Counted from the first letter of the stretch, positions 6,951 through 18,438 are shown. The stretch: DNA of 64,000 bases from Actinomycetota bacterium (GCA_013178005.1 JABLXL010000030.1:126-64125), one strand, 5' to 3'. Made by a program: numbers and translations. Notes: generated by a model from the sequence alone, not told the origin.

Positions 6951-9825
6951 ACTCTTCCACCTGCGCGGGCAGGAGCTGGGGGTTGAGCGCTTCCGCGAGC
7001 TGTCCCGCGGCATCGAAAACCAAGACGGGAATGCGTTTTCCGGGGTCCTCCGCACCCCAGTCGGCGCAGGGGAAAACCGGCACGCGTCCGGGGGTCTGGG
7101 CGGGGTCGTATACCAGGTATCCGGAGGCGCGGTCGAGGCGCAGGCGGGCCATGGCCGCGGGGAGGGCCAGGAAAGCGACGCCGCGGCTGTAATACCCCAG
7201 GGACTGGTCCAGGGCGTGGTCGGGCAGGAAGGCTCCGCGCATGGAGCCGAAGCGTTCCTCACGGCCGGGATTGTACGCGCACACGTCCCAGAAGCCGCCG
7301 TTCTTCTTGGTGGCGAAGTAGCGCTCCAGGTCCCAGTAACGGGCGAGGCGCTCCTCCTGGCCCTGCGGCCAGCCTTCCACCCCCAGCCAGTAGCCCAGGG
7401 CGGGTGAGCCCGGGGTCCAGTCCCGCCGCGAGCAGGTAGAGCAGGCCGTTGGAGGGGTAGATGGAGTAGGCCTCCCGCTCCGCCTGGGGAACGGAGGGGT
7501 CGTCGCAGACCGCGAAGTGGTCCCCCAGCCAGAGCCTGTTCTCCAGGGTCAGGTTGATGAGCCTCACCCTTGCCTCGCAATCGGAGGAAAATCCCTCGTC
7601 GGGCGTGGCCTGGGCCAGGGCCATCTCCGAAGCCGCGCGGTAGGCCCCCAGGGCCTTCACCCCCAGGTAGGTCTGGTTGCGGGCGTGCTGCACCGCCACC
7701 GATCCCTGGTCGATGGTGTTGGAGACGTTGAGGTCGGGGAGTCCGTCCCCGTCGGTGTCGCAGTTGAAGATGAAGCGGGCGTAGTCCTTGGCCTTGGGGA
7801 ACAGGCCGCGCATGAAGGCGGTGTCTCCGGTGGTCTTCCAGTGGGAGTAGAGGAGGAGGATGTAGTCGGCGTTCTCCTCCACCGGCATGTCGTGGGGATA
7901 GGCCATGCCGTTCACGCTCGCCACGCTTCCCATATCATGGGAGAGGTACCTGCCCTGGGCGTTGGATTTCTGGAACAAAGGCCACGCCTCCAGCAGCTTC
8001 TTCAGCAGGTCGGGCCAGAAGGAGAGGTAGAACCAGGAGTCGTTATACTCCACGTCGATGGTGGAATGGAACATGCAGGGGGTGCCCTCCCACACGCTGA
8101 ACCACTCTGCCCCGAGGAGTTGTAACACCACCAGGCGTTGCAGATGAAGTTCTGCAGGGCCACCGCCGCCAGGTCCCTTCCGGCTTGCGGGAAGGGGGAG
8201 AGGTACTGCTCGGAGAGGACGGTGTCGAAGAAGCCGCTCTTCTCGAGGATGGAGTCCCGCTCCGCCAGCGCGTAGTCCACCACCGCGTCCACCGAGGTGA
8301 GGTTGGGTCCCGAGGGTTGGTTGTAGAGGAAGCGGAAGCCCTCGTCCTCCTGCACCTCGAGTACGTTGTCGGCGGAATGGCAGGCGAGCACGGCGTTCAG
8401 GCCGTCGCTGGCAAGGGGCTCGAGATCGAATTCGGCGTCGAAACCGGAGTAGCCGCGCGGCACGAAGGTGTAGACCGGGTACGACCTGGCTTGCGGATAT
8501 CCCTCCGGCGAGCTCCACATCCACCCCGTGTCCGCGATATCGCGGTAATGCCAGTTGACGCGGTCCGGCTCGCCCACCGCCACCGCCTCCCAGAACTCGA
8601 AGAAGCGGGAGTTGTTCTCCAGGTTAACGTGGTTTTCCTGGCCATAGGTATAGCGGGTGGTGAATTTATAGCCCCTCGAGCCCTTGAGGTCCCGCGGGGA
8701 CTTGTTGCCGGTGTTGTCGTCCTTATGCGCCCGCGCCAGCAGCAGCTCACCCCTGACGGGCGTTTCCCCCGGGTTGGAGAGGGAGATGTCCAGGTAAAAA
8801 AAGGGCGCGGTGGAAAGCTTGACGTCCCCGGGGTAGAAGGGAGCCCGTATGGTGACCTTCGCCGTGAACGGAAGGGACGGGTCGCGACAGACGTAGGTGA
8901 CGCCGGTGAGGCTGAGGTCCTGGTCGATGCCGGAGAAGACCGGGTAGCGGTCGGTGAAGGGCAGGCACCTTATGTCCCCCTCCTCATCCCGGAAGGCGAG
9001 CACCAGCTCCGAGAGGTCGTCGGTCCAGGTCCCCAGGGGCGTCTGCCGCCAGGCAAGCAGCTGGGGAGCCGGGTTGACCATGAAACGTGAGCCGAAGCGG
9101 CTGAGGATCACCTCGAAAACGTCCTGCTCCTGGGAGGGCGAGAAGCGCAGCGGGAAATGGGTCCAGTGGCGCGATTCGCCGGTGTCGATCTCGAGGTCCT
9201 TCACGCCGGGGGCGCTGAGGCGTATGTGGCTCACCAGCGCCAGCCCCTTCTCCGCCTTGAAGCGCAGGTCCATGATGCCCCCGGGCGCCTCCACCGCGGG
9301 TATGGTGACCTGGTAAGCGAGTTCCTTCCTCGCCCGTGCGCAGAGGTCCACAGACCTCATGCCCGGCAGGCTGGCCCCGTTGCATGAGACGGTGAACACC
9401 CTCAGGCCCGGGAAAGTGTGCGCGTATTCGATGAAGCTGAGCTCCAGGTCGTAACTGGGCTGGGTGAGCCCGGCGATCAGGTAGTGAAAGTCCTCCCCTT
9501 CTCGCACGGTCCGGAACTTGTACTCCGCCATGCTGGCGCCGTCGAAACCCCTGAGCGGCCTGCCCTCCAGCGAAACGGGCCAGGAGTTGCCCTGGAGCTC
9601 GATGATGATCCCGCCGCGGTAGGAAAGCGGTCTCTTCTCCTCCTCCCTGTCGCTTCCCCATCCGCTGTTGCCGATGAAGAATATGGGATAGAATGCCAGC
9701 AACCCGGCGACGAGGAGGATCACCCCCAGCCTGCGGGCCTTCCTCGAGAAGTCGTCCTCCCTGCGTATCTCTCCCATGAGCCTCCGCCGCGAAGCATAAT
9801 TTACAAAAACTACCGGCAAATCCAT
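6943..9825 (-). pseudogene. Membrane-anchored glycosidase-like protein of the glutaminase-A family (DUF4965/DUF1793-like six-hairpin glycosidase domain). It is interrupted by two frameshifts, so it is either a pseudogene or there are sequencing errors.
   Basis: Three consecutive minus-strand ORFs (8002..9825, 7259..8524, 6943..7380) read as one protein if +/-1 shifts are allowed near ~8110 (…NFICNAWW | EWFSVWEGTPCMFHSTIDVEY…) and near ~7400 (…LLYLLAAGLDPG | ALGYWLGVEGWPQGQEE…). There is an N-terminal TM helix. The assignment to the glutaminase-A-like family rests on motifs such as YILLLYSHWKTTGD, at moderate certainty. Confidence 0.5.
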
Positions 9826-9908
9826 AATCGTCCGCGCGGCAGGAAGCCTTTAGCCCGTTCCTCTGTTTGTTTTCTCTCGAGGTCAGAGCATCGCAGGAGC
9901 GGTGTGGA

Positions 9909-10544
9909 TCAGCCCGAGCGGGCTGCCTCCTCCTGCATGGACTTGATCTTCATGAGCTGGGTGCGGTAGGAGCGCTCCATCTCGTCGAGCTTCATGGTTA
10001 TGTATACCACCGTCTCCTCCAGAGAGGGGATAAGCACGTATTCCAGCGCGTTCACGCGCCGGCGCGTCTTCTCTATCTCATCCGCCAGCAGCTTCACGTC
10101 GTTCTCCAGCTCGGCCAGCCTCAACAGTTCTGGCACCAGCTCCCGGTAATGCTGGAGCGCGGCGTCGAAGGCCATGGGTGCCGTGGAGAGGCTGTAGCAA
10201 TCGTACCCGCCCTCCTGGCGCAGCTCGAAGTGCGGAACCTTCACGCCCACGATGTTCTCCCTGCGCACTTCCACGTCCAGGGTGGCGGAGCTTATGGCCA
10301 GGGATTCCCTTACCTCCTCGGTGGTGACCTCCGACCGGGCGATGGAGAAGATGGTATATGCCTCGGCCAGCTTCGCCTCCACATGGTCGCGCAGGGCGCC
10401 GCTCTCCTTCACCAGGAACATGAACTGCTTCATGAGCTCGTCCAGCTTGTCCTTGAGCAGCTTGTGTCCGCGCTTGGCGATGACCGTGCGCTTGCGGAGC
10501 TTGAGCAGCTCCATGCGGTTCGGGTTGACGTTGATGCGCGCCAA
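9909..10544 (-). CDS. atpD: A/V-type ATP synthase subunit D
   Basis: MARINVNPNRMELLKLRKR...; typical V-ATPase D-subunit N-terminus and coiled-coil. Last gene of the G-I-K-E-C-F-A-B-D operon. Confidence 0.9.
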   Translation of the reverse strand: MARINVNPNRMELLKLRKRTVIAKRGHKLLKDKLDELMKQFMFLVKESGALRDHVEAKLAEAYTIFSIARSEVTTEEVRESLAISSATLDVEVRRENIVGVKVPHFELRQEGGYDCYSLSTAPMAFDAALQHYRELVPELLRLAELENDVKLLADEIEKTRRRVNALEYVLIPSLEETVVYITMKLDEMERSYRTQLMKIKSMQEEAARSG

Positions 10545-11927
10545 CTAGCTAGCCACCTCCGCCTTCATGTACCTCTCTATCTGATCCTCCTTGACCCTCT
10601 TGAGCTCGGAACGCGGCAGGATTCTCAAGAGGTCCCAGCCGATGGCGAGGGTCTCCTCGATAGTGCGGTTCTCGTATTCGCCCTGGCGGATGAAGCGCTC
10701 CTCGAACTCGTCGGAGTACTTCACGAACAGCTTGTCCTCCTCGGAGAGGGCCGCCTCGCCCAGGATGATGGAGAGCTCCCTGGCCTCCTTCCCGCGCGCG
10801 TAGGCGGAGAAAAGCTGGTTGGAGAGGGCTGAGTGGTCCTCCCTCGTCTTGCCTTCCCCGATGCCCTTTTCCTTGAGGCGGGACAAGGAGGGGAGCACGT
10901 CCACGGGCGGGTATATTCCCCGGCGGTGCAGGTCCCGCGACAGGATTATCTGACCCTCGGTGATGTACCCGGTGAGGTCGGGGATGGGGTGGGTCTTGTC
11001 GTCATCGGGCATGGAGAGCACCGGGATCTGGGTTATGGAGCCCTTGGCGTCCTTGATCCTGCCCGCCCGCTCGTAGATGCTGGCCAAGTCGGTGTAGAGG
11101 TAGCCCGGGTATCCCCTCCTGCCGGGCACCTCCTTGCGCGCCGCGGATATCTCGCGCAGCGCCTCGCAGTAATAAGTCATGTCGGTGAGGATGACCAGCA
11201 CCTGCATATCCAGCTCGAAGGCGAGGTACTCGGCGGCGGTGAGAGCCATGCGCGGGGTGGCGATGCGCTCGATGGCGGGGTCGTCGGCGAGGTTGATGAA
11301 GAGGACCGAGCGCTCGAGCGCCGCCTGATCGCGGAACTCGCGGATGAAGAAGTCCGCTTCCTCGAAGGTGATGCCCATGGCGGCGAAGACCACGGCGAAC
11401 TCCTCCCGCTCCCCCAACACCCCCGACTGGCGCGCGATCTGCGCCGCCACGCGGTTGTGGGGCAAACCCGCCCCGGAGAAGATGGGCAGTTTCTGGCCGC
11501 GCACCAGGGGATTCAGGCCGTCGATGGAGGATATGCCGGTCTGGATGAAATCGGTGGGGAAGTCGCGTGCGTAGGGATTGATGGGGCTCCCGTTGATGTC
11601 CAGCCTCTTCTCCGGCATGACGCGCGGTCCTTTGTCCAGGGGGCGCCCCAACCCGTCGAAGACGCGCCCCAGGATATCCCTGCTCACCGGGAGCTCCAGG
11701 CTCTTCCCGGTGAAGCGCACCTTGGTCTGGGCCACGTTGAGGCCGCTGGTGGTCTCGAAGGACTGCAGGAGCACCACGTCCCCCTCCACCTCCAGCACGT
11801 TCCCGTAACCCACCGAGCCGTCGGGGAACTCCACCTCCACCAGCTCGTTGTACTTGGCGCCCTCCACGCCCTCCATGAGGATCAGGGGCCCCACAATCTC
11901 CCTTACCGTGAAATACTCCTTGGCCAT
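10545..11927 (-). CDS. atpB: A/V-type ATP synthase subunit B (regulatory)
   Basis: 460 aa. Nucleotide-binding alpha/beta fold without the catalytic P-loop (…FSGAGLPHN…). Strong similarity pattern to V-ATPase B. Adjacent to the A subunit. Confidence 0.9.
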   Translation of the reverse strand: MAKEYFTVREIVGPLILMEGVEGAKYNELVEVEFPDGSVGYGNVLEVEGDVVLLQSFETTSGLNVAQTKVRFTGKSLELPVSRDILGRVFDGLGRPLDKGPRVMPEKRLDINGSPINPYARDFPTDFIQTGISSIDGLNPLVRGQKLPIFSGAGLPHNRVAAQIARQSGVLGEREEFAVVFAAMGITFEEADFFIREFRDQAALERSVLFINLADDPAIERIATPRMALTAAEYLAFELDMQVLVILTDMTYYCEALREISAARKEVPGRRGYPGYLYTDLASIYERAGRIKDAKGSITQIPVLSMPDDDKTHPIPDLTGYITEGQIILSRDLHRRGIYPPVDVLPSLSRLKEKGIGEGKTREDHSALSNQLFSAYARGKEARELSIILGEAALSEEDKLFVKYSDEFEERFIRQGEYENRTIEETLAIGWDLLRILPRSELKRVKEDQIERYMKAEVAS

Positions 11928-11975
11928 CTCTCGGGCTCCTTCCGGTCCGCCTCGCTCACGCGCGCACGCGGCGCG

Positions 11976-13766
11976 TCATGGCTGTTTTACTTCGGAGGCC
12001 GCGCCTGAAAGCTGCTCCTCGACCTCCTGTTCCAGTTTGGCAAATCTATCCAGATCATCCTCGGGGATGAACTTGGCGCGCGCGATGCTCTCCTGCACCG
12101 GCAAGTCCATGAGCTCGCTTATGGGCCTGCCCTTCCCCAGCTCGCGCATGGCCACGGCGTGGAATCTCATAATCAACTTCAAAAGCAGGAACTGCTTGCG
12201 CAGGGAAGTGAAGGCGTCGGCGTCGTCGAAGGCGTTCTGCTGAAGGAAGTCCTCGCGCAGGGACTTCGCCGTCTCCATGAGCAGCCTCTCCTGGTCGGAG
12301 AGGGCCTCCACGCCGATGAGGCGCACGATCTCCTGCAGCTCCGCCTCCCGTTGCAGGATGGCCATGGCCTCCTCGCGCAGGCGCGCGTACTCCTCGTCCA
12401 CCTCCCGTCCCCAGTACTCCTCGGTCTGGTCGAGGTAGAGGCTGTAGCTGTTCAGCCAGCTTATGGCGGGAAAGTGGCGCGCGAAGGCGAGGCGGTCCTC
12501 CAGGGCCCAGAAGACCTTCACCACGCGCAGGGTCGCCTGGGTGACCGGCTCCGAGAGGTCGCCGCCGGGAGGGGAGACGGAGCCTATGGCGCAGATGGAG
12601 CCCTCGCGCCCGTCTTTGCCCAGGCACACTACTCGTCCCGCCCGCTCGTAGAAGGCCGCCAGCCGGGTGCCCAGGTAGGCGGGGTATCCCTCTTCGCCGG
12701 GCATCTCCTCCAGGCGCCCCGATATCTCCCTCAGGGCCTCGGCCCAGCGGGAGGTGGAGTCCGCCTGCAGGGTCACCGCATACCCCATGTCGCGGTAATA
12801 TTCCGCCAGGGTGATGCCGGTGTAGACCGACGCTTCCCTGGCCGCCACCGGCATGTTGGATGTGTTGGCGATGAGCACGGTGCGCAGCATAAGGGGCTCG
12901 CCCGAGTAGGGGTCCAGGAGCTCGGGGAACTCGAGCAGCACGTCGGTCATCTCGTTGCCGCGCTCGCCGCAGCCCACGAAGATGACGATCTCCGAGTCGG
13001 CCCACTTGGCGATGGCGTGTTGCAGGACCGTCTTCCCCGAGCCGAAGGGGCCCGGCACGCAGGCGGTCCCCCCTTTGGCGATGGGGAAGAAGGTGTCCAC
13101 GATACGCTGCCCGGTCACCAGGGGCTCCTGGGGAGGCCTCTTCTCGCGGTAGGGGCGCGGCAGTCGCACCGGCCAGCGCTGCATCATGGCCACCGGAACC
13201 TCTCCCGAGGGGGTTTCCACCGCGGCCACCGTTTCCTCCACCGTGAACTCCCCCGCCGCGATGTGGGATATCCTCCCCTGCACGCCCCGCGGGACCATGA
13301 TGCGGTGCACGGCGACCTTGGTCTCCTGTACCGTGCCTATGATATCGCCGGGCACCACCTCGTCGCCCACCTTTGCCGTGGGCTCGAAGGCCCACTTGCG
13401 TTCACGCGACAGCCCCGGCTCCTCGACGCCCCTGGCCACGTAATTGCCGTGCTTGGCCATGATCACGTCCAGGGGCCTTTGCACGCCGTCGTAGATGGAG
13501 GTCAGCAAGCCAGGCCCCAGCTCTACACTGAGCGGCTCCCCTGTGGTGATAACCTCGTCGCCGGGCCCTATGCCCGAGGTCTCCTCGTAAACCTGTATGG
13601 AGGCGCGGTCGCCCCGCAGCTCGATGATCTCCCCCATGAGGCGGTCTCTACCCACCTTTACCAGGTCATACATCTTGGGATCGGGCAGCCCCTTCGCCAC
13701 CACCAGGGGTCCCGCCACCTTCACCACGTAACCTTCGCTCATATCCAGCTCCTCGTTCTTGCTCAT
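11976..13766 (-). CDS. atpA: A/V-type ATP synthase subunit A (catalytic)
   Basis: Walker [10 protein letters not shown]. 596 aa with a V-type A-subunit non-homologous insert region. Confidence 0.9.
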   Translation of the reverse strand: MSKNEELDMSEGYVVKVAGPLVVAKGLPDPKMYDLVKVGRDRLMGEIIELRGDRASIQVYEETSGIGPGDEVITTGEPLSVELGPGLLTSIYDGVQRPLDVIMAKHGNYVARGVEEPGLSRERKWAFEPTAKVGDEVVPGDIIGTVQETKVAVHRIMVPRGVQGRISHIAAGEFTVEETVAAVETPSGEVPVAMMQRWPVRLPRPYREKRPPQEPLVTGQRIVDTFFPIAKGGTACVPGPFGSGKTVLQHAIAKWADSEIVIFVGCGERGNEMTDVLLEFPELLDPYSGEPLMLRTVLIANTSNMPVAAREASVYTGITLAEYYRDMGYAVTLQADSTSRWAEALREISGRLEEMPGEEGYPAYLGTRLAAFYERAGRVVCLGKDGREGSICAIGSVSPPGGDLSEPVTQATLRVVKVFWALEDRLAFARHFPAISWLNSYSLYLDQTEEYWGREVDEEYARLREEAMAILQREAELQEIVRLIGVEALSDQERLLMETAKSLREDFLQQNAFDDADAFTSLRKQFLLLKLIMRFHAVAMRELGKGRPISELMDLPVQESIARAKFIPEDDLDRFAKLEQEVEEQLSGAASEVKQP

Positions 13767-13824
13767 CCCCGCCGCGGCATCTCCCTCTTTCCCGTCGCTC
13801 GGGGCCGGGGCGCGCCGCCATTCC

Positions 13825-14157
13825 TCATTCCAGCGTGGATCCCAGGGCCTTCACCACCCTGCTCCTGATGCCCGCCCGCGCCAGCCCAAGCGAGCCGCTG
13901 ACCGCTGGCACCGCCATGATCACCGGCAGCTCTCCCAGGTCGGGAAAGCCAGGCACCTTCTCCAGCAGCACACGGTATACGGGTTCCGTTATTAACACCA
14001 AGGCGTATCGATCGAGTGGCAAAGATTCCCATATCGCCGGCCCATCCTCGGGGACGGCGGCGATGTACGTCTCCACTCCCACCGCCTTGAAGCCGATCAC
14101 GGAGGTCAGGCCTCCGATCATCGCCACTTTCTTCGCCTCTGCCTCCAACGGCGACAC
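13825..14157 (-). CDS. atpF: A/V-type ATP synthase subunit F
   Basis: 110 aa, [22 protein letters not shown]...; typical small F-subunit. Confidence 0.8.
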   Translation of the reverse strand: MSPLEAEAKKVAMIGGLTSVIGFKAVGVETYIAAVPEDGPAIWESLPLDRYALVLITEPVYRVLLEKVPGFPDLGELPVIMAVPAVSGSLGLARAGIRSRVVKALGSTLE

Positions 14158-14167
14158 CGGCCTTTCC

Positions 14168-15280
14168 TTACTCTATGTACAGTTTCCTCAACATCTTCTC
14201 GATGGCTTCCGGGGCTATGTTGTGCAGTTTCGCCACCAGGATGAGGCGGACCAGGAGGACCTCGTTCTCCCTAGCCCGGATGTAGGCGAAGACGGGTTCC
14301 ACGCCCACGGATATCCTCTTGGTTCCACGCACCATCTCCATGAGCTGGTCGTCACTGCGGCGGTCGAACTCCGTCAGCCGCACCACGTACTCCTCGTCCT
14401 CCACCAGCTCCATCAATCTCGCGTAATAGCGGATCGACTCCAGCTTCTTCACCATGTTCTCGGGAGCCTCGCCGTAGATCTCCAGTAGCGTCGTCTCCTC
14501 GATAAAACCTCCCCTGGCGAGCATGGCCTGTACGAATTCCCGCTCCTTGGAGAGAATGCGCGACCTGATGAGCAGCTTGAGGTTCGCGAGATCGATGGAG
14601 GCGCGGGCGAAATCCACCATAAAGGGGCTTTCCTCCCGCGAAGCCAGGAAGAGGCGGTGTTCAAGGTAGTGACGGTCGATGACCGTGTCCAGCTCCTGTG
14701 GGGTCTCCCAGCGCGCCAGCTCTTCCAGCGTCTCCTTATAAGGCCAGGGCAACACGTATGGGTTTTCCAGTCCCTTGTGCAGTTCGTCCAGCTCCAGCGT
14801 GCCCAGGCCCTCTAACAAACCCTCCGGCTCTTCCCCCGTTCTCTCCGCCTTGAACAGCGCTTTGAGGTTATGGAAATCGAAGCGGCAGCGGAAGAAATCC
14901 ATGATGAAGGAATCCCGCGGAAGGGCCTTGCCCAGGATTTCATAGGTATCCCTGAGGAAGGCGTTCAAGCCGATGTCGACCTCCTTGGCGAGCGTCGCCT
15001 CCTTCAGGTATTCTCCTATCGGGGTCTCGTCCAGGATATGCAGACCTTCCTCGAAACTGGCCTCCACGAGCCTGTCCACGTGTTGGGTGGTCAGCATGCG
15101 GGTCTCGAAGACCCTTATCATGCCCACGGCGTACCCGTAACGCGTTACGTCGTTGAATGAACTTATGCGCCGCTGGCTGACGGTGAGGAAATCGGGCAGG
15201 CGGCGTGTCTTTCCCTCGCGGAAATGCGGCAACACCCCTCTCTTGATTGGATTCATGTTCGCGTGACCGGGCACGTTCAC
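14168..15280 (-). CDS. atpC: A/V-type ATP synthase subunit C (d-subunit homologue)
   Basis: 370 aa all-helical protein sitting at the position of subunit C in the archaeal-type operon. Confidence 0.75.
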   Translation of the reverse strand: MNVPGHANMNPIKRGVLPHFREGKTRRLPDFLTVSQRRISSFNDVTRYGYAVGMIRVFETRMLTTQHVDRLVEASFEEGLHILDETPIGEYLKEATLAKEVDIGLNAFLRDTYEILGKALPRDSFIMDFFRCRFDFHNLKALFKAERTGEEPEGLLEGLGTLELDELHKGLENPYVLPWPYKETLEELARWETPQELDTVIDRHYLEHRLFLASREESPFMVDFARASIDLANLKLLIRSRILSKEREFVQAMLARGGFIEETTLLEIYGEAPENMVKKLESIRYYARLMELVEDEEYVVRLTEFDRRSDDQLMEMVRGTKRISVGVEPVFAYIRARENEVLLVRLILVAKLHNIAPEAIEKMLRKLYIE

Positions 15281-15286
15281 CGGGCG

Positions 15287-15895
15287 TTAACCCTTTCCCT
15301 CGCCGAATAGGATGTCCAGCACTTCCTCTTCGTGCCTTTCCCTCACCTCGCGCAGCACCGAGCGCAACGAGAGGTTGTTCTCGAATCTCTCGCCACGCAG
15401 CAATGCCCCGCGGTCGAACTCCGCCTCCCGCTCGCCCAGGACGAGCTCCCGCCCGCCGGCCTTTTCCCGCAACGCGGCGTTTATTTCCTCCAGCAACCCG
15501 GAAGCCAGGAGCTTCCTGTCGTAGGGAGCGGCTATCACCTCGCGGACTCCCTCCCCGGCGTTAGCCAGGATGGTTCGCTTCAACCAGTCCCGGTACCTCT
15601 CCTCGGGCAACGATTCGAACTCCCGAGAAGCCGCCTCGAAGACCTCCTCGAAAAGCTCCTCCTGCACGGAGAGGTAGGCGGCGCGGCTTTCCGTCAGGGC
15701 TTCGCTCAAGATCCTGGTTCTCTCCCGCTCGCCCCGCTCGCGGAAGTCCGACCGGATAGCTTCGGCGGCGCGGAGGGCTTCCTCCTCGCCCTCCTTAACG
15801 ATGCGGGCCGCCTGCTCCCGCGCCTCCGCGAGAAAGCGCTCGCCCTCCGCCCGGGCGTCCTCGCCTATCCTCTCCAGCAGCTTTTCCAGGGACAT
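15287..15895 (-). CDS. atpE: A/V-type ATP synthase subunit E
   Basis: 202 aa. N-terminal long coiled coil (EAREQAARIVKEGEEEALRAAEA) plus a C-terminal globular domain. Confidence 0.8.
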   Translation of the reverse strand: MSLEKLLERIGEDARAEGERFLAEAREQAARIVKEGEEEALRAAEAIRSDFRERGERERTRILSEALTESRAAYLSVQEELFEEVFEAASREFESLPEERYRDWLKRTILANAGEGVREVIAAPYDRKLLASGLLEEINAALREKAGGRELVLGEREAEFDRGALLRGERFENNLSLRSVLREVRERHEEEVLDILFGEGKG

Positions 15896-15913
15896 CTGGG
15901 ACTCCTCGTCCGC

Positions 15914-16417
15914 CTATCCGGGATAGGCCGGCTTTATCACCACGAAGAACATGAGGATGGTCACGATGAGGGAGAGCACCGCGTAGGTCTCCACCAGCGC
16001 CGGCAGCACCAGGGCGCGACCCATCTCCTCGCGCCGCTTGGCCACCATCCCCGCCGCGCCGGCCGCCGTGAGCCCCTGGTACACACCCGAGCTGAAACAG
16101 ACGAAAGCCACGGGCAGGCACGCCAGGAAGATCTGGAAGCCCAAAGCGCCGGTCAGGGCGTCCCACCCGGCTCCCGGCTTCATCACGAAGGCCACCAGGA
16201 CCCCGGTGATGAAACCGTAGATGCCCTGGGTGCCCGGGATGACCACCAGGGGGAGCAGGGGCCCGAAGCGATCCGGCATCTCCGTAAGAATCCCCCCCGC
16301 CACGTTGGCGATGTAGGTGATGCCCATGGCCGAGCCCGAGCCCCCGCCGATCACCGCCACCGCGGCTCCCAGCAGCGCCCACTGCAGGCCTGTCAACCCT
16401 CCGAAAGTCTCTACCAT
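15914..16417 (-). CDS. atpK: A/V-type ATP synthase proteolipid subunit K (duplicated c-subunit, 4 TM)
   Basis: 167 aa, four hydrophobic helices, Gly-rich helix packing motifs (GAAVAVIGGGSGSAMG) and a conserved acidic residue in the second hairpin. Confidence 0.8.
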   Translation of the reverse strand: MVETFGGLTGLQWALLGAAVAVIGGGSGSAMGITYIANVAGGILTEMPDRFGPLLPLVVIPGTQGIYGFITGVLVAFVMKPGAGWDALTGALGFQIFLACLPVAFVCFSSGVYQGLTAAGAAGMVAKRREEMGRALVLPALVETYAVLSLIVTILMFFVVIKPAYPG

Positions 16418-16428
16418 ATCTACCTCCT

Positions 16429-18408
16429 CTACCGGTCCTCGATCACCACTCGGTTGGTCCGCAAGGCCAGGGGCGCGAAGGGCTCCCCCCCGTCCTCGTA
16501 GAACTTTCCGAAGAACTCAACGTACTGTAGCCTCAGCGGGTGCACGAAGGCGCTGAGGAAGTTGATGGCCAGATTGAACGCGTGGCCCCCCAGCAGGATC
16601 ACCGCCAGGAACACTACGCCCAGGACGGGGATACCCCAGGTCATCCCGGCCATGCGGTTCACCACGCTCCCAATGGCCACGGTGGCAAGCCCAAGGGCGT
16701 AAAGCCTGAGATAAGAGGCTACGTCCCCTATGGTGCTGGCCAGAAGCCCGTACATGTTATAGAGCCCGCCGAAGAACTTGCCCGCCAAACTCTTACTGCC
16801 GATGTTGGAGAGGAGTATTACCCCGGCGATGCCCGCGATCATTATGAACATGCCCGCGGACTGAATGGCGTCCACCTTGACCCCGGCCCCCACCGCCATC
16901 ACCGCTATCCCAAGCCATAGCAGCAGGGTGGTCCCCTGCTCACAGAAGCCGACCCATATGGAGTTATGGCGCATGTTGTCGTACATCTCGATGGCCACCC
17001 CTATGGAGATGTGGATCAGGCCCAGCGCGGCGCTCACCAGCATGATGGGGATGGGGTCGTTGAGGACATCCACGGTTCCCGGGAATTTAAGGAACCCCGG
17101 CAGCGAATCGCCCTCGATGCCGAAGTACCCGCGCGTGAAGACGCCCACGAAGATGGTGGCGATGCCGCAGTACATGAAGAGGCGGAAGAACCTGCGCGCG
17201 TTTTCGCTCACGTCCAGCTTCTTCATGGCCAGCCAGAACGCCAGGGTCAGGATGACGCCGTAGCCGACGTCGCCTAAGCACATGCCGAAAAAGAGGATGA
17301 AGAAAGGCGCGACGAAGGGGGTGGGGTCCGTCTCGCTCATGTTGGGAAGTCCGAAGAGGTTGATCAGGGTCTCGGCGGGTCGTATCAGCCTGCGGTTCAC
17401 CAGCAGCGTTGGCGCTATGTCCTCCTCGCCGGGGGGATCGAATTCCACGTCCACCGGGTCCCCGATCTCCTCCAGCTCATTTCGTATCTCCTCCGCGCGC
17501 GCTTCCTCGACCCACCCCTGCAGAGCCATGGTGCGCCGGGTATGCAGGAACTTCCCTTTCACCTCTTCCTTCTGGAGCAGGTTCTCCAGGTACTCCTTAA
17601 GCGCGAGCAGCTTCGGCTTCAGCGAGAAGCGTTCCCTGATCCTCTCCTCGAGCTCTTTCCTCTTTTTCCGTGCCGCCTCCAACCTCTCCCTGGTAATGGA
17701 TATCTCATCCGGGACCGGGAGCTCCCTTTCATGCAGTTCCACGCGTTCCAACTCCAGCTCCGAGGCCAGGGACGAGAACTCCGCCGCGTTCTCGCGGTGC
17801 ACCACCGCGGCGAGGTAGGCCTTCTCCGCCCGCCTCTCCACCGCTTCCCAGGCGGAAAGCGGGCACCTGGACTCCATCTCCCTATCCCAGTCCTCGAGGT
17901 ACTGGTGCGGCAACACCCCCAGGTGGAACTCTACGTCCTCCATGCCGTAAGCTTCCGCGAGGGGATAATCCAGGTTCTTCCATGGCTCCAGGACCTCAAG
18001 TTCTTCCTCCAGGCGGGAGATCTCGCCCTCCACCTGCCTGATCCGTATGTCCAGGTCTTCGAGCTCGCGGTAGACGACCGGAAGGTCGATCTCCCTTTCC
18101 GCCACCAGGAACTCCTCCAGTGTGAGGTGCACCTTCTCCTGCAGGAAACCGGAGATAAGCCCCGTCTTCGCGTCCCCGAAGCGCTCGAAGAGCTGCAGGA
18201 TGAACTCCGTCCTCGCCAACGCCAGCCTCAGCTGCCGCGTTTCCGGCTCGAAGGGAACGGTTCCTAGAGCCGGGTCGTCCCCGGTGCCTCCGTCGCTACC
18301 CAACTCCACCAGGTGAACGGCTCCCAGGCGGTGAAGCCGGTCCACAAGCTCTTCCCGTACCCCAACGGGCGCCAGCACCGACACTTTCTGCATCCTGGCT
18401 ATGGGCAT
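16429..18408 (-). CDS. atpI: A/V-type ATP synthase subunit I (a-subunit)
   Basis: 659 aa. N-terminal soluble coiled-coil half and C-terminal multi-TM half. Correct operon position. Confidence 0.85.
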   Translation of the reverse strand: MPIARMQKVSVLAPVGVREELVDRLHRLGAVHLVELGSDGGTGDDPALGTVPFEPETRQLRLALARTEFILQLFERFGDAKTGLISGFLQEKVHLTLEEFLVAEREIDLPVVYRELEDLDIRIRQVEGEISRLEEELEVLEPWKNLDYPLAEAYGMEDVEFHLGVLPHQYLEDWDREMESRCPLSAWEAVERRAEKAYLAAVVHRENAAEFSSLASELELERVELHERELPVPDEISITRERLEAARKKRKELEERIRERFSLKPKLLALKEYLENLLQKEEVKGKFLHTRRTMALQGWVEEARAEEIRNELEEIGDPVDVEFDPPGEEDIAPTLLVNRRLIRPAETLINLFGLPNMSETDPTPFVAPFFILFFGMCLGDVGYGVILTLAFWLAMKKLDVSENARRFFRLFMYCGIATIFVGVFTRGYFGIEGDSLPGFLKFPGTVDVLNDPIPIMLVSAALGLIHISIGVAIEMYDNMRHNSIWVGFCEQGTTLLLWLGIAVMAVGAGVKVDAIQSAGMFIMIAGIAGVILLSNIGSKSLAGKFFGGLYNMYGLLASTIGDVASYLRLYALGLATVAIGSVVNRMAGMTWGIPVLGVVFLAVILLGGHAFNLAINFLSAFVHPLRLQYVEFFGKFYEDGGEPFAPLALRTNRVVIEDR

Positions 18409-18438
18409 GCCGGACTCCCTCTATCCTCCAAGCTTCGC

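Noticed and set aside
12055-13868. Very long alternative-frame ORFs (446 aa on the minus strand, 569 aa on the plus strand) over atpA
   Set aside because: They are nested in the V-ATPase A-subunit gene, which carries a Walker A motif and has a full-length match. The alternative frames are Gly/Arg/Pro-rich.
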